Source: Centroscyllium fabricii (taxonomy: Eukaryota). Taken from it: a stretch of DNA of 64,000 nucleotides. The stretch is taken from assembly GCA_051313645.2 (NCBI GenBank), contig JBNRSN020000008.1, positions 163,742,001-163,806,000 of the forward strand. Reading direction: 5' to 3'. Below the pieces are notes generated by a model. It did no database searches, was not told the origin of the DNA, and saw only the letters and a list, made by a program, of their open reading frames with translations. Shown one piece after another: positions 40,688 to 50,872 of the stretch. A program made the position numbers and the translations under genes. Each line of letters begins with the position of its first letter. Position 1 is the first letter of the stretch.

Positions 40688-41365
40688 GGGCCATGTTTTC
40701 CTGTGGCCCGTTTGCCGCTGGTGCGCGCTCCCGAGCACCCGCGGCGCACGCGCACGTAATTTTAATTTTTTTTCTGACGGCAATTTCCTGTGGGAAATAC
40801 CATTTTTTTTTCCAGCGGAGGGGTCGTGTTTTTTTTGGTGCGTGGTGATCGGGTAGGGAAGCACCTTTTTTTTGGTTTTTTTCAGTTTCTAGGAAGCTGT
40901 TTTTTTAAAGTTTCTGCCTTTTCTGCTGTTAGGGTTTTTTTTGATGGCCATCAGAGCTGCTGACATTGTGTTAAAATACCGTTTTTTTTTCACTTTCACC
41001 AAAAAATATAAAACCCTACCCATTTACAAGCTGAAAGACCACAGACAAATATCTCCAAAGGAATCAAAAAAAACGTTACTTTAAACGTGTTTTTTTCACT
41101 TCTCAAAGCTGCCTGCAGCCCTCTAAGACTGCTTTTTAAATGTACAGCAAAAGAGAGACTTGCCCATGTGATACACACGCATTTTGAGCAGCTGCCACAG
41201 GAAATCTGCAGCTCAAAGTCTTCCTGGGTAGGAAGCTGAAGCCCCTTGCCCATCAGCACAGGAAATTCACGTTTCTGGTAATCACCCGAGCTGCACCCCC
41301 ACGAGGCATTTCTGACCCCCCTTTGTGGGGGTGCAGCTCTTCTGGAGCACAGGAAAACAGGGCCC
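40688..41365. mobile_element. MITE with 18-bp TIRs inserted in the CR1 RT region
   Basis: GGGCCATGTTTTCCTGTG versus rc of CACAGGAAAACAGGGCCC (17/18 match); 3-bp flanks AAT/ATT; CR1 reading frame continues across it. Confidence 0.8.
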
Positions 41366-41634
41366 ATTGTGAATAGCTGGGGTCCAAGGATCGATCCCTG
41401 CGGTACCCCACTAGTCACTGTCTGCCACTCGGAAAAAGACTTGTTTATTTCAATACTTTACTTCCTATCTGCCAACCAGTTCTCTATCCAAGTCACCACC
41501 TTGGCCCCAGTCCCATGTGCCTTATCTTTACATGCTAATCTCTTATGCGGGACCTTATTGAAAGCCTTCGGAAAGTCCACATCCACTGGTTCTCCCTTAA
41601 CTATTTTATCAGTTACATCCTCAAAAAATTCCAA

Positions 41635-44215
41635 GGGGCAAACTGAATGGGGCAGGGTGTGTGAATGGGGCAGTATGTGTGAACGGGGCAGTGTGTGAAT
41701 GGGGCGGTGTGTGTGAATGGGGCGGTGTGTGTGAACGGGGCGGTGTGTGTGAACAGGGCGGTGTGTGTGAACAGGGCGGTGTGTGTGAACGGGGCGGTAT
41801 GTCGGAGAGGAATTTCCCAGATTTTTTCTCCCAAATTGGCCATTGGGATTTTTATCTGGTTTTTCGCCTCTCCCGGGTGATCACATGGGTTCGGGCGGGA
41901 TGGAGAGTAAAAGTAAAATTGAGGTTAGGATCAGATCAGCCATGATCTTGTTAAATGGCGGAGCAGGCTCGAGGGGCCGATTGGCCTACTCCTGCTCCTA
42001 TTTCTTATGTTCTTATGTTCTTATGTGAACGGGGCGGTGTGTGTGAACGGGGCGGTGTGTGTGAACGGGGCGGTGTGTGTGAACGGGGCGGTGTGTGTGA
42101 ACGGGGCGGTGTGTGTGAACGGGGCGGTGTGTGTGTGAACGGGGCGGTGTGTGTGTGAACGGGGCGGTGTGTGTGTGAACGGGGCGGTGTGTGTGTGAAC
42201 GGGGCGGTGTGTGTGTGAACGGGGCGGTGTGTGTGTGAACGGGGCGGTGTGTGTGTGAACGGGGCGGTGTGTGTGTGAACGGGGCGGTGTGTGTGTGAAC
42301 GGGGCGGTGTGTGTGTGAACGGGGCGGTGTGTGTGTGAACGGGGCGGTGTGTGTGTGAACGGGGCGGTGTGTGTGTGAACGGGGCGGTGTGTGTGTGAAC
42401 GGGGCGGTGTGTGTGTGAACGGGGCGGTGTGTGTGTGAACGGGGCGGTGTGTGTGTGAACGGGGCGGTGTGTGTGTGAACGGGGCGGTGTGTGTGTGAAC
42501 GGGGCGGTGTGTGTGTGAACGGGGCGGTGTGTGTGTGAACGGGGCGGTGTGTGTGTGAACGGGGCGGTGTGTGTGTGAACGGGGCGGTGTGTGTGTGAAC
42601 GGGGCGGTGTGTGTGTGAACGGGGCGGTGTGTGTGTGAACGGGGCGGTGTGTGTGTGAACGGGGCGGTGTGTGTGTGAACGGGGCGGTGTGTGTGTGAAC
42701 GGGGCGGTGTGTGTGTGAACGGGGCGGTATGTCGGAGAGGAATTTCCCAGATTTTTTCTCCCAAATTGGCCATTGGTTTTTTTATCTGGTTTTTCGCCTC
42801 TCCCGGGTGATCACATGGGTTCGGGCGGGATGGAGAGTAAAAGTAAAATTGAGGTTAGGATCAGATCAGCCATGATCTTGTTAAATGGCGGAGCAGGCTC
42901 GAGGGGCCGATTGGCCTACTCCTGCTCCTATTTCTTATGTTCTTATGTGCTTATGTGAACGGGGCAGTGTGTGTGAACGGGGCGGTGTGTGAACGGGGCG
43001 GTGTGTGTGTGAACGGGGCGGTGTGTGTGTGAACGGGGCGGTGTGTGTGTGAACGGGGCGGTGTGTGTGTGAACGGGGCGGTGTGTGTGTGAACGGGGCG
43101 GTGTGTGTGTGAACGGGGCGGTGTGTGTGTGAACGGGGCGGTGTGTGTGTGAACGGGGCGGTGTGTGTGTGAACGGGGCGGTGTGTGTGTGAACGGGGCG
43201 GTGTGTGTGTGAACGGGGCGGTGTGTGTGTGAACGGGGCGGTGTGTGTGTGAACGGGGCGGTGTGTGTGAACGGGGCGGTGTGTGTGAACGGGGCGGTGT
43301 GTGTGAACGGGGCGGTGTGTGTGTGAACGGGGCGGTATGTCGGAGAGGAATTTCCCAGATTTTTTCTCCCAAATTGGCCATTGGTTTTTTTATCTGGTTT
43401 TTCGCCTCTCCCGGGTGATCACATGGGTTCGGGCGGGATGGAGAGTAAAAGTAAAATTGAGGTTAGGATCAGATCAGCCATGATCTTGTTAAATGGCGGA
43501 GCAGGCTCGAGGGGCCGATTGGCCTACTCCTGCTCCTATTTCTTATGTTCTTATGTGCTTATGTGAACGGGGCAGTGTGTGTGAACGGGGCGGTGTGTGA
43601 ACGGGGCGGTGTGTGTGAACGGTGCGGTGTGTGTGAACGGGGCGGTGTGTGTGAACGGGGCGGTGTGTGTGAACGGGGCGGTGTGTGTGAACGGGGCGGT
43701 GTGTGTGAACGGGGCGGTGTGTGTGAACGGGGCGGTGTGTGTGAACGGGGCGGTGTGTGTGAACGGGGCGGTGTGTGTGAACGGGGCGGTGTTTGTGAAC
43801 GGGGCGGTGTTTGTGAACGGGGCGGTGTGTGAACGGGGCGGTGTGTGAACGGGGCGGTGTGTGTGAACGGGGCGGTGTGTGTGAACGGGGCGGTGTGTGT
43901 GAACGGGGCGGTGTGTGTGAACGGGGCGGTGTGTGTGAACGGGGCGGTGTGTGTGAACGGGGCGGTGTGTGTGAACGGGGCGGTGTGTGTGAACGGGGCG
44001 GTGTGTGTGAACGGGGCGGTGTGTGTGAACGGGGCGGTGTGTGTGAACGGGGCGGTGTGTGTGAACGGGGCGGTGTGTGTGAACGGGGCGGTGTGTGTGA
44101 ACGGGGCGGTGTGTGTGAACGGGGCGGTGTGTGAACGGGGCGGTGTGTGTGAGAACGGGGCGGTGTGTGAACGGGGCGGTGTGTGTGAACGGGGTGGTGT
44201 GTAAATGGGGTGGGG
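41635..44215. repeat. Continuation of the minisatellite with 16/18/20-bp units, (GT)nGAACGGGGCG
   Basis: Near-perfect 20-bp units at 42120-42725 and 42990-43260; mostly 18-bp units at 43600-44130. Same GGGGCG-(GT)n core and same strand as the main array. Confidence 0.97.
41799..42025 (+). mobile_element. CR1 3'-UTR/tail fragment, copy 1 of 3 (others at 42729-42955 and 43337-43563)
   Basis: Ends GATCAGCCATGATC...GGAGCAGGCTCGAGGGGCCGATTGGCCTACTCCTGCTCCTATTTCTTATG(TTCTTATG)n, the same tail as at 60900-60990. Confidence 0.85.
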
Positions 44216-45675
44216 CAGCCAATCAGCTCGCGTCAGTGTGTCACCGGGTTTTGATTAAAATGACATCTCCTCGGAGACTGAGTCGTGAGCTGTGAGAGCA
44301 TGAGGGATGGGTGAGGTGTGTGATGGTCTCTGAGCTTGTCCCACATTCAATAGAAGTGAGCTGTGACTGGAAGACTTGAGCCAGGGCTGTGAAAATAGTT
44401 GCAATGGTGAAATAACCCTGCTTTAATAAACCATCACTTTTCAGACCACATGTGTGGTATAAATAGAGAATAATGGATATCTCAGAGTGATTACAAGTCA
44501 GTAATATACTCAAGGGGTTTGGTTGATGTCATAAGCTACAAAATGTGCAGCTCAAGCAGTTTATAATTATTATCTGAATCCGAATAATAGATTACAGGCT
44601 TGAAATAATTCTGAAATATGTCTGTCATTTCTTTTAAATAATACATACTGCTAATCCTATGGGTGGATTTGTTCAGTTTTGGGTCCGTCTTGCGTGAGCA
44701 ATAGCTGTCAGAATAGACCTTAACTCCCAGTGCAATCTGTGCTGTTGATGTATAATGACATCCACACTGAAGATGATTGCTACATTGTTACTCAAAGTTG
44801 ATCGTGAAGTAATTTTTCCCATGTGATGTACACTGATCCTAGAATTTTTCTAATCAGTGTGTATCGCAATGGAAAAAATGAAGCCAAAAGAAAACAGGAG
44901 GGCATCTAAGACATTAACAAAGATTAACCTCCATGCTCACTGGCGGCATTTGACTCCACAGTGGATCCAGAGTGGATGATCAATTAACATAGACCTGGAG
45001 TAACACTGGAGTTCACCTATTAAGTTGACTATGTGGAAGAAGATGTAAGATATGCGACCTTATACTCGGGCTGTTCAAAGTTTTGTCTTTATGGGCAACA
45101 TAGGTGTAGACCATGGAGCTTCAAGGAGCCACATAGAAAGTTTAAATGAATGATTGCACTTGCTTGCATGTATCTGAAGTTGCTGATTCTAACAGCTCTT
45201 GGTTTTACGATTTGGATCTATCCACCAGTGACGCAATGATGCTCAAAGCACAGCCTCTTCCAAACCAACAGGCCCACAAAATTCAAACTGGACAAGCTAG
45301 CAAACTACAAAAATAAAGGCAAATAAGACTGAGTTGCACCTGCTTTGAGGGCCAGATTGGCAGGTTTCAGGAGCCATGCGTGGCCCAAGGCCCACACACT
45401 GACTTCCTTGAGGAACGTGCAGCAAGTACTTTGGATGTGAGCTTTATGACTGTGTCTGTAGCAATGAAATGAAGCCTTATGAAGAGATTTTCATTTGCTT
45501 TGTGTGACACAGGTTGAAGTTTCCTAAACCATAACTGAGGCAAACTGATATTATTTTAAGGCTAAAATGTAGCAAAACTAGTCAACATGTAGTGAGACAA
45601 GCCAATTGAACAAGAAACGGTATCATGGTGTATTATAAGAAATGCTAAGAACAACATGGCTCATCGCCCTCTCAC

Positions 45676-45831
45676 CTGACTTTTATTTGCTGCCACCTTT
45701 GCAAACAATGCCTGAGACACTTTGGCCCGTTTCATCTCTTGTTGGATCTCATCGTAAATGGCTGATGTGATGTTCAGGTTCGTGCTCTCCACCTTAACCA
45801 GAAGGTCTGATGTTGACGCAGAGGTCTTGGC
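45676..45831 (-). CDS. SATB2: SATB2 coding exon (start of CUT2); not in the ORF track
   Basis: Hand translation: ctcggtag|GCC...AGT CAG|gtgaga; 156 bp, phase 0-0; [52 protein letters not shown]. Confidence 0.95.
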
Positions 45832-46581
45832 CTACCGAGAGAGACCAGCAAAAAAAAATTAAAATAAAAAACTGCTTTCAGCCAGCCATCTGTGCACAAA
45901 TCATCAGCGGATTTCAGTCAGCTGATGCCAAACTACATTAGCTATGGAGGACACTTCCTGTCCATTATTCTAATCAGGTTAATTGTGATTAGAAATAATT
46001 GCTGTTCAGGAACAGAGCATTCCTATAGGACATGCAAACACAGTAAAGCACTTTTCATGCTGTTTACCAAATCACTAAGGTAGGCTGTGCGAATCATGCC
46101 AAGCAATAATAAACATTTCATTGGAAGGAGAGAAAAAAACCTGCTAAAGCAGCACATATACATGAAGATAAAAAAGCAGCATGCCTTAGAGAGGAAGAAC
46201 CAATTCTCCTAGAAAAAATGAGTAAATGGGTAGAGACCCCTAAATAATAAATTATTACTCAATTAAATGTGCTCCCAAAAGTCTAGCTCATCCTTTATTA
46301 ACGCATTACATATGTCAACCCGGTATGTACAGTATACCATCATTATCATTATTATGCTAGCCATGGATGCTGATAATTTCACATAGGAAATCACTGTAAA
46401 TGAAAAAATTTAAATTTCATGGAACACTGAAAGAAATGCAGCTGATTTGATGGTTTAATTTCCTTGATGCCTATTTACATTTATGTATTCTACCGTGTTC
46501 ATTTTAAAAAGTGTGCAAGTCTGCTTTTAGTTCCTGCATCAATAAAAAAAAAGGTTGTTGGAGGACAAGCTTTTTAAGTAC

Positions 46582-46794
46582 CTGCGAGGCTCGGGAAGAC
46601 CCTGGGCTGCCTGCTGAAGGCGAGACCATGGAGATGTTTGGGTTCATGCTTCGTTCTCTCTCCTCCTGGTAGATTCGGTCACGTTCTGCCTCTGGAAGGT
46701 TCAGGAAGTTCTGCATGGCTCTTAGATTTACAAGAAGTGACTGGGATGCTGTTCTAGGATCTTCCTCTTTGCGGAGGATCTCTGATAGCAAGCC
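46582..46794 (-). CDS. SATB2: SATB2 coding exon (C-terminal part of CUT1)
   Basis: caccag|GGC...TCG CAG|gtactt; 213 bp, phase 0-0; [71 protein letters not shown]. In frame with the upstream exon. Confidence 0.96.
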
Positions 46795-47271
46795 CTGGTG
46801 TAGAAGGCACCCAATGTCAGTAAAAAAAAAATCAAGTGTGAATACCCTGTCCCCAACAACCCCCAAGATATATTCCAGTATTTCCTGCATGCAGCAATGC
46901 TTTTGCTATTGTGCAGTACAGTAGAAGCAACTAATGTCAGGACGTCAAGTCTTTTTGGAAGCAGGCTAAGAGCCCGTTGATAAAGTGCTCAAATTCTGAA
47001 TTTGCTTTCATTCAGTTTCAGCATAATGTTGGTGTTGACAATAGCAAAGTAAACTCATAAATCAGCTTCAAAACTTTCACAATTAAAGCAGTTTAATGGG
47101 CAGGCATTGAATGTGAAACCCCGTAAAATAAAACAATTTTCACTTCCTAGTCTGCTGGTGGTTCTTTTCATTTCACACATGTAAGACCCGTCACTCCGTG
47201 ATGTCTGGCCATCGACTAGCTTTTAAAGTCCAAGTGGAGCATCACCCAGCCATTACTCGTTGATACACCAT

Positions 47272-48033
47272 GGGCGCGAAATTGGCGGTCTAGCGCCGGC
47301 CCATTGGCACCCAAAATGGGTGCTAATTGGGTGCTACAAAATTAGCGCTAGCGCTCGCGCCCAGCGCAAAATTCAGGTGAGCGCTAAGTTGGGGGCTAAC
47401 TGGTAGCGCCCCAACGAATTTAGTGCCCAGCTGGACATCAGGAATGACGTCATCAGCCCGCGCAGCGCCTGGGAGGCGCCCGTGACTGAAATTGGCCAGC
47501 GCCTGCCGATTTATCACTGGGCGCTGCCCGCGCCAGCTTTCTGCGGCCGTAGCAGCAGCGGGGGAGCGCTGCTTAAAGGGGAGTGTGGCGGTCGGCCATT
47601 TATATTGCTGGTCGACTGCCAGCACCTTCCCCCTCGGTCTCCCCCGCTGCTCCCCTGGTGGGGTCAGGCCTCCGGCAACTGAGCCCGGCACTTCCCTCCA
47701 GTGCCGGGCTCCTTCTGGCGAGTCTGCTCCCACGGCGGCCCTGCGAGGCTCCGGCCGCAGCCACGCTAGGCCCCTCCCCTTTAATCAGGGAGAAAGGCCT
47801 GCAGTACCGCGGGCCACCACTATGGGCTCCTTGGCACAGCGACGTGCCAGCACCCCGATATTCGTCCGCCTCGCACCAAGAGCGAGGCACCCCGTCTGCT
47901 TTAGTGCCCGCCCTCCCATTATGGGCGATGCAGGCGAATTTGGGCCCCAACTGCGCCAGCGATGAGCTGGCGCTAAAACTAGCGCAGCACCCAGGTCAGC
48001 GCCACAAAACGTGAGCTGACCAATTTAGCCCCC
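47272..48033. mobile_element. GC-rich MITE (Harbinger-like TIRs)
   Basis: GGGCGCGAAATTGG...CCAATTTAGCCCCC termini and TAGCGC-rich subterminal repeats, as in 36974-39243. Confidence 0.65.
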
Positions 48034-48037
48034 AATA

Positions 48038-48441
48038 GGGCGGCACGGTGGCATAGTGGTTAGCACTGTTGTCTCACAGCACTGGAGACCCGGGTTCAAA
48101 TCCAGCCTCGGGTACTATCTGTGTGGAGTTTGCACATTCTCCCCGTGTCTGCGTGGGTTTCCTCCGGGTGCTCCAGTTTCCTCCCACAGTCCAAAGATGT
48201 GCGGGTTAGGTTGATTGGCCAGGATAAATTGACCCTTAGTGTTAGGGGGATTGAATAGGTGGGGTTACGGGGATAGGGTGGGATATGTGTCGATGCAGGC
48301 TCGATAGGGATCGAGGGATATGGGGAGAGGGCAGGGGCGGGGTGCTGGGTTTGGATGATCAGCCATGATCTCATTGAATGGCGGAGCAGGCTCGAAGGGC
48401 CGAATGGCCTACTCCTGCTCCTAGTTTCTATGTTTCTATGT
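48038..48441 (+). mobile_element. HE1/V-SINE-type tRNA-derived SINE
   Basis: A box TGGCATAGTGG, B box GGTTCAAATCC, V-domain TGTGGAGTTTGCACATTCTCCCCGTGTCTGCGTGGGTTTCCTCCGGGTGCTCC and CR1-type tail (TTTCTATG)n. Confidence 0.9.
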
Positions 48442-50329
48442 CTTCGCCCGACTCTTTTTAACTTTAGTGCTGTTCTGCACCATAGGCATTGTCCTTCGCT
48501 TGAGTGTCTCAGTTAAATAAACAACACCTATAGGAAAGGGGGCTTATTTTAAATGGCCTAGACTTTGCTTTAGAAAAATTTTAAATGCTATAAGTTGCTT
48601 CATATTTAGTGCACCCCGTGTTTTGAAATGTATTACTGAAGTTGAAAAGTTGTGCAAAGGTTATTTATAATTAAGATGGTAATGTAATGTATTTTAATGT
48701 TGTAAATCTACACCCATTGCCATAAGATATCATGAAGTTAATCCCAAAGTCAAACACCTTGGCCTAGGAAATTTAATTTTTAATGCGGTCATATCTGTTT
48801 AATTCCCTACCTCCTCACATAACCTGCAAGCTGCACTTTGAATTCAACATTCTACCTGTACTCTGACTGTTTACATCATTTTGGATGATATGCAGGTCAA
48901 ATAATTAATGGAGCATGATGACCGGAGGCGGATAAAAATCCTCCATTTGAGCTCATGGACCTGTACCGCAACAAGCTCAATGCCTTTGGGAAAAGGGGGT
49001 GATGGGAAAAAAGTTGTCCAGAAAAGAATTCATTCCCATTACCTGCAAAGGACCCACCTCCTGTGCGAAGATAAGTTGATACACGAAGTTAAATTTCACA
49101 ACAACAACAAAAATCCCTTTTAAATAACTCATTTGAAAAATGAATTGCTTTCTTGCCTGCGCACGTAGTGAGAAGTAATTCAGATTGGCTTTACGTACAG
49201 TAGAAGGTTAAATTAAGATCATTTAAAATATATTGCGTTTGTATAAATAAATGCTCGGCCCTTTATTCACCTGGAAAACATTAGGATTCCAGTATGCAAA
49301 ACAACGCAAATGACTTTTTAAAATCATGATTCTATTTAATTGTAATTTAATGAGGTGCAATTTAGTTTAAAAAATGCCAGGTGCAAGGCTGAGTGCTGCC
49401 TTGTAGTCTACATCAGTGAGTGTGTGAAAGCCTGGCCTGCAAAATACACGGCAAATTCCAACGGCTCCTTTGCCAACCAACTGCCACTGCTAGAATATCA
49501 TGTATACAAAGCCTCCATCTAGTTAAAGATTTAGTCAGTTATCGCCGTAGACCCGAGCTAATTGTTACAGTCTCTGTCTTCTCTGGCTGGCGATCTAGTG
49601 TTGATATAATTGTTTCACTCGATATAGAGGTTATGGATGAACATCTGTGTTGTACGAGATCTGCTCTCTCATTCTCGAGCAGCTGTTTGCTGTTGGGAAT
49701 CTTTGTCTTATGCTTCACTAAGAATCTTGTACTGCCAGCCTCCAGACTACCTGCTTGTGCCCCTTGCCGATGAACTCTGCCACCAACCCATTAGGAGGGA
49801 GGGAGGTAGGAAGCCTTGGCCTAGAATTGGTATCCAGGAAAAGACAGTAGCACCCAGTTGAATCAGGAAGATAACATGGGTGGGAGGAGGGGGGGGGGGG
49901 GGGGGGGGGGTTGGTGGCAGGGCGGGGGTAATATAATATCGAAATGCAACATGTAATATATTAATTTACAACATGTACGAACTGAAAATAATCCAGTGGT
50001 ATATTGTGTGCATTTTCAGTATAACCCAGATTTGAGACTTCATACTTGCTAATGCTGTTACTTAGTTTCTCTCATTTTCTCAGCTGCAGCTTTGTGAAAA
50101 ATTGGAATTTATTTTTCAGAAACTTTGATCTGAAGAAAGAGAAACACAACATACCAGCGTGCCAACAAGTTTCGAACCCCAAATCTGGGGTTTTAGTATG
50201 GAATGAGTGAAAATTCAATTATATTTCAGCTGTAATACTGCCATACGTCCTTGTATCTACTTGTCTATTTGTGTGTAAATAGTAGGAAAATAATCTATTA
50301 TTAGTATTAATAATTATATTTAAATATAG

Positions 50330-50585
50330 CCCTCCGGGAGACGCTACAGAGCAATTTGCACCCGCACGACTAGATTTCAGAACAGCTTCTTCCCCAGGGC
50401 TGTCAGCCTCCTGAACTCTAAAAAGAAACTCCGGTACCTGCACGCCTGATAATGAACTTTACTGTATGCAATTTATTTATGTAATTTATTTCTTTTGTCT
50501 ACACTACTCTCGGGAGAGTCGAGTCTTCGTCTCGTTGTATTGTACTAGTACTCTGCAATGACAATAAAACTTGAATTGAATTGAA
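50330..50585 (+). mobile_element. Rex1/Babar-like LINE 3' end
   Basis: Encodes PSGRRYRAICTRTTRFQNSFFPRAVSLLNS, followed by AATAAA and a (TTGAA)n tail. Confidence 0.75.
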
Positions 50586-50872
50586 TCCGCATATCTTTAA
50601 AAAAAAATCTCCAACGTAGCGCTTGCATCTCTCCCCTCCGCCTTAGTGTTGGTGGCATCAACTCAGTGAGGAGCTAGTACTATTCCCTTCGGAAGGACTT
50701 AAGTGATATGCCTCAATAGAAAGGTTGGTTTATCCTCTTAATGGAGGGTTGGTGGTATCCGTCAATGCTGAATTGGTGATATCCCTTAGTGGAAACATGG
50801 TTATCTCACAACATTAGACAGTTGACCTGTCCCCTTAGTAGAGATTTGGTGCTATTCCCTCAGTAAAACATT

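Larger units (their letters stand above)
36958..41634 (-). mobile_element. 5'-truncated CR1-type LINE (RT C-terminus and 3' UTR), fragmented by nested insertions
   Basis: Minus-strand peptides TSGVPQGSILGPQLFT, YINNLDEGTRCNISKFADDTKLGG and LLQLYRALVRPHLENCVQF. The CR1 3' motif (rc of GGCCTACTTCTGCTCC) is at ~39250-39270, with tail remnant AACATAGAAAC at 36961. Confidence 0.88.

Noticed and set aside
47323-48014. GC-rich overlapping ORFs or a CpG-island promoter
   Set aside because: Bounded by TIRs and similar to other MITEs in the window; ORFs in several frames reflect GC content.
48038-48110. tRNA genes at 48038, 58094, 61393 and 39510
   Set aside because: A/B boxes run directly into SINE bodies and LINE-type tails; these are SINE heads.
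49889-49910. 22-nt poly-G run
   Set aside because: Simple homopolymer of uncertain length in assemblies, with no supporting context.
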